In this document: positions 52,917-62,930 of the stretch, in pieces | Numbering within the stretch: position 1 is the stretch's first letter | Layout of the letters: every line of letters begins with the position of its first letter | The notes under the pieces: generated by a model | The model's input: only the letters and a program-made list of their open reading frames with translations | Told to the model about the DNA's origin: nothing | Databases searched by the model: none | Origin: an uncultured bacterium | Lineage (GTDB): Bacteria > Auribacterota > Erginobacteria > Erginobacterales > Erginobacteraceae | Assembly (NCBI GenBank): GCA_963822585.1 | Contig: CAWGIE010000008.1 | Span: 63,226-127,225, forward strand | Direction of reading: 5' to 3' | Length of the DNA: 64,000 nucleotides | Position numbers and translations under genes: made by a program

Positions 52917-55900
52917 TTGTATTTAAAAAAATTAGAGCTGAACGGTTTCAAATCCTTCGCCGATAAGACCACCCTCAGGATACTCCCCGGGATCACCTCG
53001 ATCGTCGGGCCCAACGGCTGCGGCAAGACCAATATTGTCGATGCCATCAGCTGGGTACTGGGAGAACAGAGGATCAGGGTTCTCCGCGGCTACAAGATGG
53101 AGGACGTCATCTTCAACGGAACGCTGGGACGGCAGCCGGTGGGGATGGCGGAGGTGACCCTCACCTTCGATAATTCCGATGGAAAACTCCCGATCGAATA
53201 CCGGGAAGTCGGTATTTCCCGGCGCGTCTATCGTTCCGGGCAGAGTGAATATTTTATCAATAAAAATCCCTGTCGCCTTCGCGATATCAATGATCTCCTG
53301 CTGGGCACCGGCCTGGGAACCAGGTCCTATTCACAGATCGGCCAGGGACGCATCGATCAGATCCTCCAGGCCCGCCCCGAAGAAAGAAGACAGCTTTTGG
53401 AGGAGGCCGCCCAGGTCAGCCGCTACCGCCAGAGAAAGGAAGAATCACTGCGCAAACTCGAGCAGACGCAGAACAATCTCCTCCGGGTCGAGGATATACT
53501 GAAAGAGGTTAAGCGCCAGCTGTCCATTGTCGAGCGTCAGGCGCGCCAGGCCGAACGGTACCGTACTTTCCGGGACCGTCTGCGGGAACTGGAGATAGAG
53601 GCGGGACTTCGGCAGCTCTCCGATTATCGTCGCCGGTCGGGGGAATTAGGCGCTGAAAAAGAACACTGGCAGGAAAAATACCGGGCCCTGGAAAAAGAGG
53701 TCGAAGGGATCGAAGCCGAGCTGACGCGTTTACGGGAGATTCGCGGGGAGAAACAGGAAGCGCTGGCCGCACTGCGCGCCGACCTGATCAATGGGCGGGC
53801 GGAGATCGATAAGAAACGTCATCGGATCGAGGTCAATGCCGAGCGGGGAGGGGAACTGAAACATGAGCGCGAGCGGCTGGGCGAAGAAATAGAGAAGATC
53901 AGCGCTTCCCTGGCGGCGTCCCGGAAAGAAGCGGAGAATCTCGAACGGATCAGGAAAGAGCTGATAGAGAAAAATCAGGCCGCCGCGGCCGCCCTCCGGG
54001 AGAAGGAAAAGGAACTGGAGTCGCTGCGTCATGCGCGAGCGGAGGCGGAGAAAGCGGTTTCCGTTCTGCAGTCGCAATCTTTGGAATCTTCCCGCCGGGA
54101 AGGTCATCTCCGCAATGAGCTGATGGGGCTGCAGGCCGGGGGGAAAGAGCTCGCTCTCAGGAAGCGGAAGCTGTCGGTCGAGCTGGAAAGTCTGAGCGAT
54201 GAAGAAAAAGATCTGAGAGAGGAGACGGAAGAAGCGGATCCCCTGGTCGAAAAGGTTCAGAAAAGCCTGGCGTCGATCAGAGAAAGAGTGGAGGGAGAGA
54301 AACAGGCTGCCCGGAAAGCCGAGGAGGAGGCCCGGGATTTACGGGTCAGGAAAGAGAGAATCCTGGTCTCCATCGGGGAACTGGAATCCCGGCAAAAAGT
54401 TCTCCTGGAGCGGGAGGGTGAAGCGGCGACGGGCGCCGTCGATCTTTTGCTGTCAGCGGCGAAAGAGGAGGGAGCGGATCTGCCGGGTATCCTCGGCCGT
54501 TTGGATGATTTCATGACCGTCGAGCCCGGATATGAGCGGATGGTTCGCGCCGCGCTGGGAGAGAAAACCTCTGCCGTCGTAACGGTGGCCGCTTCGGATG
54601 CCCTGCGGGCGATCGAATATGTAAAAGACAAAAAAACGGGACCGATCAGGTTCATCGTCCTGGAATGGCTCCAGCACAGTACCGCCGCTCTCTCCCCTTC
54701 CGGCCTCGACGATCGGCGGGGAAGCGGATTGGGGGGACGCGTGACCTTTGCTCCGCCCCTGCGGGGTCTGGAACACGTTTTGCTGGCAGGGGAATTCCCC
54801 GTCGCTGAACTCGCCCATTTCATGGAGAAAGGACCTGATCCGGTGCGGGGGCCGGTTGTGACCGCGGAAGGCGCGGCGATTGTTGCTCCCGGGATTATCT
54901 TCTGGGCCGGCGTCAGGGAACCTCGCGCGGCATTGCGGCTCCCGGAAATCGAGGCGGAACTGTCCGGACTGAACGTTAAAAAGAAAGAGGCCGCCGCCGC
55001 CGAGCAGGCGATGGAGAAGACGCTGGCCGACTGCCGGCTGAGAATCGAACAGACGGTGCGGGAGCTTCATCAAAAAGAGATGGAAGTGACCCTGAGCAAG
55101 AACGAGCAGATTCGCCGTCGTAACAGTCTTCAGAAAGTAATCCTGAGCCGGGAAGCGATCAACAACGAGATCGCCTCCCTGGAAGAGGAACAGGCCCGCG
55201 CCGGCGGTCGGCTGCAACAGCTGGAGCTGGAGTTAAAGGAGTGTCCCAGCCGGGGACAGATCGAAGAGGCCGAGCTCGCCTCGCTCCGGGGGAAGCTTGA
55301 TGATCGCAGTAGCGCTCTCCGCGGTCTGGAATCGGCGGTCACCGAGATGAAGATCGGCCTGGCCTCCGCCCGGGAGAGGGAGGACGGCGTGACCGAACGG
55401 TTGGAAAGACTGGTTGCCGGAAACCGGAACGAGGAGGAACTGCTGGAGGCGCGGCGCGGCCAGGTCACCGATGACGAGGGCCGGGAACGGTCATTGCGGG
55501 AAGAAACTGAACGGCTCCGGAAGGAGATCGCGGAACTGGAACAGACGGTGGATGAACTGAAGTCCCGGGTCGGCGCGGCGGAGAAGGAGATCGGGGGACT
55601 GAATCAGGAATGCGGGGAAAAGGAGATTCTTTATCAGAAGATCAGGCCCCGTTTCCAGGAAGTGCAGAGCAATCTCGGGTCCCAGGATGTTATCCTGGCC
55701 GAACTACGGGTCAAAGAACAGGCCGTCTGCCAGCGGGTCCGGGAAAAATACCACATTGAGCTGGATGAACTGGAGCCTCCCGCCGCGGAGGCCGACCTGG
55801 AGGCACTGAACAGCGATATCGAGCAGATCAAGGAAAAGATGGACCGGATGACCAATGTCAATCTGGCCGCTTTGGAAGACAAGGAAAATTACGAAGAACG

Positions 55901-56477
55901 ATTCAATCTTCTCACCGAACAGAAAGGCGATCTCTCGGCCGCGATCCGGGATATCGAGGAAGCCATCACCAAGATCGATGTCACCGCCCGGGAGAAGCTG
56001 CAGGCAACCTACGATACCGTCCGGCAACATTTCCAGGTCCTTTTCTCCCATCTCTTCGGAGGAGGGAAGGCCGATCTGGTCCTGGATAATGAGAAGGATA
56101 TTCTCGAATCCGGCCTTGACATCATCGCCCAGCCCCCGGGAAAGAAGCTTTCCCATATTTCTCTTCTCTCCGGCGGGGAAAGGGCATTGACTACGATCGC
56201 CCTGATCTTCGCCCTCTTCAAAGTCCAGCCCAGTCCTTTTTATATCCTGGACGAGATCGACGCCCCACTCGATGAAGCGAATATCGGCCGTTTCGTCAAT
56301 TTGCTGAAAGAACTGGTGTCGGAATCCCAGTTTATTATCATCACCCATAACAAGCGCTCGATTAGCGAAGCCGATATTCTCTACGGGATTACCATGGAGG
56401 AATCCGGTGTCTCCAAGGTCGTCTCCGTGCGTCTGGGTGAGGGAGAAAAAGCCGAAGAGCCCGTGGAAGCCAGCTGA
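52917..56477 (+). CDS. smc: Chromosome segregation protein SMC
   Basis: YLKKLELNGFKSFAD, GPNGCGKTN, coiled coils and hinge, LSGGE, ILDEIDAPLD; TTG start at 52917 preferred. Confidence 0.96.
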   Translation: MYLKKLELNGFKSFADKTTLRILPGITSIVGPNGCGKTNIVDAISWVLGEQRIRVLRGYKMEDVIFNGTLGRQPVGMAEVTLTFDNSDGKLPIEYREVGISRRVYRSGQSEYFINKNPCRLRDINDLLLGTGLGTRSYSQIGQGRIDQILQARPEERRQLLEEAAQVSRYRQRKEESLRKLEQTQNNLLRVEDILKEVKRQLSIVERQARQAERYRTFRDRLRELEIEAGLRQLSDYRRRSGELGAEKEHWQEKYRALEKEVEGIEAELTRLREIRGEKQEALAALRADLINGRAEIDKKRHRIEVNAERGGELKHERERLGEEIEKISASLAASRKEAENLERIRKELIEKNQAAAAALREKEKELESLRHARAEAEKAVSVLQSQSLESSRREGHLRNELMGLQAGGKELALRKRKLSVELESLSDEEKDLREETEEADPLVEKVQKSLASIRERVEGEKQAARKAEEEARDLRVRKERILVSIGELESRQKVLLEREGEAATGAVDLLLSAAKEEGADLPGILGRLDDFMTVEPGYERMVRAALGEKTSAVVTVAASDALRAIEYVKDKKTGPIRFIVLEWLQHSTAALSPSGLDDRRGSGLGGRVTFAPPLRGLEHVLLAGEFPVAELAHFMEKGPDPVRGPVVTAEGAAIVAPGIIFWAGVREPRAALRLPEIEAELSGLNVKKKEAAAAEQAMEKTLADCRLRIEQTVRELHQKEMEVTLSKNEQIRRRNSLQKVILSREAINNEIASLEEEQARAGGRLQQLELELKECPSRGQIEEAELASLRGKLDDRSSALRGLESAVTEMKIGLASAREREDGVTERLERLVAGNRNEEELLEARRGQVTDDEGRERSLREETERLRKEIAELEQTVDELKSRVGAAEKEIGGLNQECGEKEILYQKIRPRFQEVQSNLGSQDVILAELRVKEQAVCQRVREKYHIELDELEPPAAEADLEALNSDIEQIKEKMDRMTNVNLAALEDKENYEERFNLLTEQKGDLSAAIRDIEEAITKIDVTAREKLQATYDTVRQHFQVLFSHLFGGGKADLVLDNEKDILESGLDIIAQPPGKKLSHISLLSGGERALTTIALIFALFKVQPSPFYILDEIDAPLDEANIGRFVNLLKELVSESQFIIITHNKRSISEADILYGITMEESGVSKVVSVRLGEGEKAEEPVEAS

Positions 56478-56479
56478 GA

Positions 56480-56990
56480 TCGCGAATTGCGCGAATTATC
56501 CCCCGCCTCGGCCCCCCCCGTATTGAACTGCGAATTGCGCGAATTATCCCCCGCCTCGGCCCCTTTATTAAACTACGAATTACACGAATTACGCGAATTA
56601 TCTGCCTCTCTTTTCCCGTTCGACGTCCCCCTAAGGGGGATAAATTCGAAGCTTGCCCTGCTTCGCGGGGTTGAACGTTCGACGTTCGATGTTCAGTCTT
56701 TCATCCCTCGCCGCGGCCCCTTTATTCACCATGAAGAACATGAAGGACATGAAGAATATTTGCTTAGCCTCTACCTCGGCCCCTTTATTCACCATGAAGA
56801 ACATGAAGGACATGAAGAATATTTGCTTAGCCTCTACCTCGGCCCCTTTCATTAACCATGTAGGACATGTAGAACATGTAGGCTTATTTGTTTGCCTCTA
56901 CCTCGGCCCCTTTTAGGAACCGCGGATTACGCGGATTAAGCGGATTATGCACGCCGTTGAACATTGAGCGTTGGATGTTGAACGTTCATC
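56480..56990 (-). repeat. Array of six CCYCYRCCTCGGCCCC(TTT) linkers separated by different short-tandem-repeat arms
   Basis: Linkers at about 56500, 56548, 56705, 56768, 56831 and 56895; includes one 63-bp tandem duplication. Confidence 0.85.
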
Positions 56991-57258
56991 TTTTATTTTT
57001 TCCTCGCTCACCCTTATCAGTCCAAAGATTTTTATTCCGCGGTGACGAAGTCACTTTTCGGGAACACTGATTGTCCCCACGATTACCTCTCCCCTCGGGG
57101 GAGAGGTCGGCCGTTCAGAATGAACGGCCGGGTGAGGGGACGTTGAACGTTGAGCGTTCGAAGTTCGACATTCATCTTTATCTTTTTCTTCCCTCACCAT
57201 TCCATTACTCCATCACTCCGCTATGCAACGTGATTAGTTTTTTTGCCGATATTTTCAC

Positions 57259-57287
57259 TTGTCTTTTCCCCGCGTACGTACTATAGT
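57259..57287 (+). promoter_or_regulatory. Putative sigma70 promoter of the rib operon
   Basis: TTGTCT-17 nt-TATAGT, 8 nt before the riboswitch. Confidence 0.6.
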
Positions 57288-57295
57288 ATTTTCAC

Positions 57296-57414
57296 AATCT
57301 TCGGGGCAGGGTGCAATTCCCGACCGGCGGTGAAAGCCCGCAAACTCCGATAACTATCGGAGCCGAACCGGTGAGATTCCGGTGCCGACGGTACAGTCCG
57401 GATGGGAGAAGATT
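57296..57414 (+). ncRNA. FMN riboswitch (RFN element)
   Basis: TCTTCGGGGCAGGGTGCAATTCCCGACCGGCGGT...AGCCCGC...CCGGTGAGATTCCGGTGCCGACGGT.AGTCCGGATGGGAGAAGA; upstream of ribBA. Confidence 0.95.
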
Positions 57415-57435
57415 CGGAAAATGGTATGGTATGGT

Positions 57436-57471
57436 ATGCCCCGGAGACGAAAGTTTCTGGGGTATTTTTTT
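57436..57471 (+). terminator. Riboswitch expression-platform terminator
   Basis: atgccccggagac-gaaa-gtttctggggtat followed by a T run. Confidence 0.8.
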
Positions 57472-57566
57472 ATGGAATAATGGAGTATTGGAATAGTGGA
57501 GTAATGGATAAACCGGCTGGCTCCCAACACTCCATCACTCCACTATTCCATCATTCCATTTCTCCA
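57472..57566. repeat. Family A inverted-arm element
   Basis: atggaataatggagtattggaatagtggagtaatgg ... ccaacactccatcactccactattccatcattccat. Confidence 0.9.
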
Positions 57567-57588
57567 ACATGGAAGCTTAACTAAATCA

Positions 57589-58791
57589 GTGATGAGTACA
57601 TTTAATCGCGTTGAAGAACTTCTCGCTGACCTTCGGGCCGGGAAGATGATTATCCTGACCGACGACGAGAACCGGGAGAATGAGGGCGACCTGGTGATGG
57701 CGGCGGAGAAGGTCACCCCGGAAGCGATCAATTTCATGATCTCCCGGGGCCGCGGCCTGGTCTGCGTGCCGATGACGCCGGAACGCTTGTCGGCGCTGGG
57801 GCTGGAGCCGATGGTTAAGAAAAACCGGGATACCTTCGGGACCGCCTTTACCGTCTCGGTTGACGCCAGCAGGGGGATAACAACCGGGATCTCCCCCGCG
57901 GACAGGGCCCGGACGATCCGTATTCTCTCCGAACCCGCCTCCGGCCCGGGAGATATCGTCACCCCCGGGCACGTCTTCCCGCTGGAAAGCCGTCCCGGGG
58001 GAGTTCTGGTCCGGGCCGGTCACACGGAAGCCTCCGTCGATCTTATGCGGCTGAGCGGCCTGGTCCCGGCCGGGGTCATCTGCGAGATCATCAACGATGA
58101 CGGGACGATGGCCCGTCTCCCTGAATTGGAAGAATTCCGGGAGCGTCATGGACTGAAGATGGGGACGATCGCCGAGCTGATACAGGCGCGCCGGTCGCGG
58201 GAAAAACTGGTGAGGGAAACGGCGACCGTTTCGCTCCCCACCGTCTATGGGGATTTTACCTTAAAAATGTTCACCTCCACGATAGAGAATGGCGGTCCCC
58301 ACCTGGCCCTGATTATGGGAGAAATAGCGGGCCGGGAGAACGTCCTCGTCAGGGTACATTCGAAATGCTTGACCGGAGACGTCTTCGGGTCCCGCCGCTG
58401 CGATTGCGGCGAACAGCTGGAATTCGCCCTGAAAAAAATTTCGAAAGAAGGCCGGGGGGTTGTCCTTTATATGGACCAGGAGGGGAGAGGGATCGGGCTG
58501 GAGAGCAAACTGCAGGCCTATGCCTTACAGGATCACGGCCTGGATACGGTTGAGGCCAACGAACAACTCGGCTTTGATGCCGATCTCAGGGAGTATGGCA
58601 TCGGAGCGGAAATACTCCGGGAACTGGGTTTGAGCAGCATTCGATTGATGACGAATAATCCTCGCAAGATTTTCGGCTTGAGCGGGTACGGGCTGAGCAT
58701 CTCGGAGATCGTTCCCATTAAGATCCCGGCCAATAAGCACAATTACCGGTATCTGCAGACGAAGAAAAATAAGATGGGCCATGATCTATAA
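57589..58791 (+). CDS. ribBA: Bifunctional DHBP synthase / GTP cyclohydrolase II
   Basis: DDENRENEGDL, RAGHTEA, VRVHSKCLTGDVFGSRRCDCGEQL, QEGRGIG, TNNPRK. Confidence 0.97.
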   Translation: MMSTFNRVEELLADLRAGKMIILTDDENRENEGDLVMAAEKVTPEAINFMISRGRGLVCVPMTPERLSALGLEPMVKKNRDTFGTAFTVSVDASRGITTGISPADRARTIRILSEPASGPGDIVTPGHVFPLESRPGGVLVRAGHTEASVDLMRLSGLVPAGVICEIINDDGTMARLPELEEFRERHGLKMGTIAELIQARRSREKLVRETATVSLPTVYGDFTLKMFTSTIENGGPHLALIMGEIAGRENVLVRVHSKCLTGDVFGSRRCDCGEQLEFALKKISKEGRGVVLYMDQEGRGIGLESKLQAYALQDHGLDTVEANEQLGFDADLREYGIGAEILRELGLSSIRLMTNNPRKIFGLSGYGLSISEIVPIKIPANKHNYRYLQTKKNKMGHDL

Positions 58792-58801
58792 ATACAACTA
58801 C

Positions 58802-58890
58802 CGGAGTAATGGAGTATTGGAGTGATGGAGTACTGGGAGAAGAACCACGTGCGTCCATTACTCCAGCATTCCATCATTCCATTACTCCAG
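58802..58890. repeat. Family A inverted-arm element
   Basis: ggagtaatggagtattggagtgatggagtactgg ... ccattactccagcattccatcattccattactcc. Confidence 0.9.
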
Positions 58891-58932
58891 GTCGGGGGGA
58901 TCTCTTTATTTAGTTAATAACCATGGGAGGTA

Positions 58933-59403
58933 ATGACAATGAAAGTGTATGAAGGCAAGTTATCAGCGGTGGGGCTGAAGTTCGGTATCGTTGTCAGCCG
59001 GTTCAACGAGTTCATCACCGGGAAACTGCTGGATGGAGCCCTGGACGCGCTGAAGAGAAACGGCGCCGCGGAGAAGGACATCGAAGTCGCCCGGGTGCCC
59101 GGCTCCTGGGAGATCCCGGCGGCGGCTTCCCGGATGGCCCGGAGCGGCCGTTATGACGCGGTCGTTTGCCTGGGAGCGGTGATCAAGGGCGCGACCGCGC
59201 ACTGGCAGTATATCAGCACCCAGGTCACCCGGGGAATTGCCGCGGTCGGGCAGGAGAGTTCCATACCCGTTTCCTACGGGGTGATCACCCCTGACTCGCT
59301 GGAACAGGCGATCGAGAGGGCGGGGACCAAGGCGGGTAACAAGGGATTTGACGCCGCGATGGCCGCGATCGAGATGGCGAACTTGTTCAAGGAATTGGCG
59401 TAG
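58933..59403 (+). CDS. ribH: 6,7-dimethyl-8-ribityllumazine synthase
   Basis: [40 protein letters not shown]. Confidence 0.96.
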   Translation: MTMKVYEGKLSAVGLKFGIVVSRFNEFITGKLLDGALDALKRNGAAEKDIEVARVPGSWEIPAAASRMARSGRYDAVVCLGAVIKGATAHWQYISTQVTRGIAAVGQESSIPVSYGVITPDSLEQAIERAGTKAGNKGFDAAMAAIEMANLFKELA

Positions 59404-59490
59404 CGCATAGCGCAAAACGCAGAGAGCAAAGCGCATAGCGCAGAGAGCCCGGTGGGCCAATGGTTGGCGCTATGCTCTCTGCGCTATGCG
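59401..59490. repeat. Family E inverted-arm element (GCATAGC/GCAGAGA 7-mers)
   Basis: tagcgcatagcgcaaaacgcagagagcaaagcgcatagcgcagagagc ... gcgctatgctctctgcgctatgcg. Confidence 0.8.
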
Positions 59491-59511
59491 ATTTCCCGGA
59501 GGAAAATCATT

Positions 59512-60000
59512 ATGGGTCAACGGCGACAGGCAAGGGAGCTGGCTCTCCAGTTCCTCTACGGCTATGACATGAACCGGAAGGAGTTGTCCGAAGCGGTGGC
59601 GGACTTCTGGCAGGAGAAGAATGTCCCCGATGAAATGCGCCGGTTTGCCGGAGAACTGATCGAGGGCACAATCATTCACCTTGATCAGATCGATAAAATG
59701 ATCGCCGATCATGCCCGGAACTGGAAACTGCCCCGGCTCGCTCTGGTCGACAAGCATCTTTTGCGGCTGGCGCTTTTTGAGCTCTGTTATCGGGACGATA
59801 TCCCCCCTCTGGTCACCATCGATGAGGCGGTGGAGATAGCTAAAAAGTACAGTACCGCCCAGTCGGGCCGGTTCATCAACGGCATCCTCGACAAAGTCAG
59901 GGAAGAGCTGGAGGGGAATGTCGAAACCCAAATAACGGATGAACAGCCAATGTCCGATGTCCAGGATTCAACGCAAGATCAGAAAACAGGTAATCGGTAA
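59512..60000 (+). CDS. nusB: Transcription antitermination factor NusB
   Basis: RRQARELALQFLY, VTIDEAVEIAKKYS, FINGILD; RBS ggagg before ATG 59512. Confidence 0.95.
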   Translation: MGQRRQARELALQFLYGYDMNRKELSEAVADFWQEKNVPDEMRRFAGELIEGTIIHLDQIDKMIADHARNWKLPRLALVDKHLLRLALFELCYRDDIPPLVTIDEAVEIAKKYSTAQSGRFINGILDKVREELEGNVETQITDEQPMSDVQDSTQDQKTGNR

Positions 60001-60028
60001 ACGGTAATCAGTAAAGGGCACTCATCCC

Positions 60029-60287
60029 ATTCAATCACATTCAATCGTCTGTTTCCTAACGGGGGCGAGGCGGGGTAAGAAAGACTGAACATCGAACGTC
60101 GAACGTTCAACTTCCAACGTCGAACGAAATCGGGGGAAACATTAGTGTCAATTAGTGTCCCCGAAAAATTCCTTCGGTATCTCGAGGTGTAAATTAGTGG
60201 ACTGATGAGAGAGGCCGGGGTGGGGGGAGACTGATCACCTTCCATCACATTCGATCGTCTGTTCTTTTAAAGAGGGCGAGGTAGGGG
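60029..60287 (+). repeat. GGGGCGAGGYRGGGG-linker array upstream of the PHP gene
   Basis: Linkers at about 60060, 60210 and 60269 separate AATCACATTCAATCGTCTGT, GAACGTC-type and ATTAGTGT-type arms. Confidence 0.85.
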
Positions 60288-60317
60288 TTAATTGAAATAG
60301 TAATTGTTTGTTGTAAA

Positions 60318-61148
60318 TTGATGAATATGGAGAAGACAGCCGATCTTCACATCCACACTCTGGCCTCGGACGGTACCGGTACCGTGCGGGAGGTCCTGGA
60401 CGAAGCCCGGATTGCCGGCCTTTCGGCCATCGCCATTACCGATCACGATTCCGTCGAGGCGCTCCCCGAAGCGGTTCTCTTGGCCCCGGAGTACGGGATC
60501 GAGATTATTCCCGCAATCGAGATCTCGGTTGAGCTGTGCCCGGATGCCGAGATGCACCTGCTCGGGTATTTTATCGATTACCGGGACCGGAGTCTCCTGG
60601 ATTGTCTCGCCCAACTGCGGGATATCCGTTTCCGGCGGGCGCAGGAGATGTTGAACAAGCTGGGAGAGATGGGCTTTCCCCTGGATCTGGGAAAACTGCT
60701 TCCGGGCCAGATGACCGGATCGATCGGGCGCCTGCACATCGCCCAGGGACTCCTCAAGTCCGGTTACGTCAAGAGTCTTCCCGAGGCGTTTTTCAAGTAT
60801 ATCGGCAACGACGGTCCCGCTTATGTCCCAAAGATGAAACTTTCCAGCGATGAAGCCCTGAAGATGATTCTCCATGCGGGTGGGGTTCCGGTTCTGGCTC
60901 ATCCGGGCCAGCTGAACAACGACGATCTGATCCCGGGGCTGATCAAGTCGGGTCTGGGGGGACTGGAAGCGTATTACCCCTCGCACTCCCGGTTTACGAC
61001 CAATCATTACCTGGAACTGGCCCGTCATTATAATATCCTGGCCACGGGCGGCTCTGATTGTCACGGGGCGAATAAAGAAAATGTGCGGATCGGATCGGTC
61101 CGTGTCTCCTATCGGGTGGTGGAGGAACTGCGGGCGGTGAAAAGATGA
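60318..61148 (+). CDS. PHP-domain phosphoesterase (TrpH/YciV-like)
   Basis: DLHIHTLASDG, AITDHD, HLLGY, VLAHP, TGGSDCHG. Confidence 0.92.
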   Translation: MMNMEKTADLHIHTLASDGTGTVREVLDEARIAGLSAIAITDHDSVEALPEAVLLAPEYGIEIIPAIEISVELCPDAEMHLLGYFIDYRDRSLLDCLAQLRDIRFRRAQEMLNKLGEMGFPLDLGKLLPGQMTGSIGRLHIAQGLLKSGYVKSLPEAFFKYIGNDGPAYVPKMKLSSDEALKMILHAGGVPVLAHPGQLNNDDLIPGLIKSGLGGLEAYYPSHSRFTTNHYLELARHYNILATGGSDCHGANKENVRIGSVRVSYRVVEELRAVKR

Positions 61149-61577
61149 ACGTTCAACGTTCAACTTCCAACGTTCAACGTCGAACGTAATCGGGAAAAAC
61201 ATTAGTGAAAATTAGTGTCCCCGAAAAATCGAAGATCCCGCGGAAGTGCAGCTTCTTTGCGGGAATGGCCTCCGGCATCTAGAGGTGTAAATTCGTGGAC
61301 TCTCGGGGGGCGAGGCGGGGGAAGAAAGACTGAACGTCGAACATTCAACGTCCAACTTCGAACGTCGAACGGAAAAAGGGGTCGGGGGCAACGTAACTAA
61401 TCATATCCAATCACATTCAAATCGTCTGTTTAATAAAGGGGGCGAGGCGGGGGAAAGATAAAGACTGAACATCGAACGTCGAACGTTCAACTTCCAACGT
61501 TGAACGGAAAAAACCATGGGCGCTATTCCTTTTCAATCACATTCAATCGTCTGTTTAATAAAGGGGGCGCGGTGGGG
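61146..61577 (+). repeat. GGGGCGAGGYRGGGG-linker array between the PHP gene and ftsY
   Basis: Linkers at about 61305, 61435 and 61560, with the same arm types as 60029-60287. Confidence 0.85.
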
Positions 61578-61579
61578 TA

Positions 61580-62491
61580 ATGGGTAAAAAGCTCGACAGG
61601 GGACTGGATAAAACCCGGCAAACCCTGAAAAAAAGAATCTCCCGCTGGCTGGGAAAAGGAGACGGACTTCCCGAAGAGTTCTGGGCGGACTGGGAAGCCG
61701 CCCTGGTTGAAGTCGACCTTGGCGTCGGAACGACGGCGGATCTCCTGGAAACTCTCCGCGCCGGAGGGAAGAAAATCACGACCCCGGCCGAAGTAAAAGA
61801 AAGATTGAAAGAAATGCTGACCGTTCTGCTCGAGAAGAACCGGAAGAAACTCCCCGCCGGGCCGGCTTCCTCAGGAAAGCCCGTCGTCATCATGGTGGTC
61901 GGGGTGAACGGGACCGGGAAGACAACCACGATCGCCAAGCTGGCGGCCAGGCTGGCCACCTCCGGGGGACGGGTGCTCCTGGCCGCCTGCGACACCTTTC
62001 GCGCCGCCGCTATCGAACAGCTGCAGATCTGGGCTGACCGTCTGGAGATGGAAGTGATCTGCCAGCAATACGGCGGCGACCCGGCCGCGGTCGCTTTCGA
62101 TGCCCTGCAGGCCGCCGTGTCCCGGGGTTATGATTACCTGATCCTTGACACCGCCGGCCGTCTTCACACCCGGGAAACCCTGATGGATGAGCTGGCAAAA
62201 ATTGTCCGGGTACTGCGTAAGATAAAACCCGGCGCTCCCGATGAAATATTTCTCTGCCTGGATGCGACGTTCGGCCAGAACGGTCTGGCGCAGGCCCGGA
62301 GTTTCGCGGAAAAATTGCCTCTGACCGGTGTTCTCCTGACCAAGTTGGACGGCACCGCCCGGGGCGGTATTGTCGTCCCTATTCAGCAGGAACTGGATCT
62401 TCCCGTTGTCGCCCTCGGCGTCGGCGAAACCGCCGCCGACCTGCTGGAATTCGATCCGGCCGCCTTCGTGGAAGCGTTGCTGGAAGAATAA
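61580..62491 (+). CDS. ftsY: Signal recognition particle receptor FtsY (short, NG domain only)
   Basis: GVNGTGKTTTIAKLA, DTFRAAAIEQL, DTAGR, TKLDGTARGG. Confidence 0.95.
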   Translation: MGKKLDRGLDKTRQTLKKRISRWLGKGDGLPEEFWADWEAALVEVDLGVGTTADLLETLRAGGKKITTPAEVKERLKEMLTVLLEKNRKKLPAGPASSGKPVVIMVVGVNGTGKTTTIAKLAARLATSGGRVLLAACDTFRAAAIEQLQIWADRLEMEVICQQYGGDPAAVAFDALQAAVSRGYDYLILDTAGRLHTRETLMDELAKIVRVLRKIKPGAPDEIFLCLDATFGQNGLAQARSFAEKLPLTGVLLTKLDGTARGGIVVPIQQELDLPVVALGVGETAADLLEFDPAAFVEALLEE

Positions 62492-62496
62492 AAAAT

Positions 62497-62915
62497 GTAG
62501 GATCGCCTCCGATCGTTATCGGAGGCTCGCTGCTTCGGAATTTCAATAAATTGAAATCCGAAGCAGTGATTGGGGGCAGTGATTGGGTCTGGGAGGATCT
62601 GCTTCCCCCCAGGAGGTGGGGGAGAAACGCGACGAAGAACCGAAGAAAGTTTCGAGCATCATTGATACCCCTATGGAGGTTCCGGAGTCCTATGAGATGG
62701 CTTCGCCTTGTAGAAGGCAGGATCGCTGCGCCTTGCGCAGCGATCCTACGCCTTGTAGGAAAGGATCGCTTTGCGCAGCTTCGCTCGTTTGCCAAGCGAT
62801 TTCGTCGTTTCAGGGAACATGTCAGGCTCATCTGCCTGCCTGACAAGCAACGCGATCCTACATTTACTACAAGATCTCCGGAGGAGATCGATCCTACAAG
62901 CGAAGCGATACTACA
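62497..62915. repeat. Cluster of GTAGGATCGC/GCGATCCTAC REP-like palindromes, including a cassette left-end hairpin
   Basis: gtaggatcgc at 62497; ggatcgctgcgccttgcgcagcgatcctac; ctgcttcggaatttcaataaattgaaatccgaagcag at about 62530-62567. Confidence 0.7.
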
Positions 62916-62930
62916 GAGGATTTTTGACTA

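Noticed and set aside
56480..56990. CRISPR array call
   Set aside because: The repeat is short and degenerate, spacing is irregular, spacers are tandem repeats, and there are no cas genes or leader. Reported as a non-CRISPR array instead.
56487..57286. Repetitive ORFs (56487-56855, 56653-56916 and others), and similar ones at 5432, 37505, 48359 and 62551
   Set aside because: They are translations of the DNA repeats, with no RBS or protein-family motifs.
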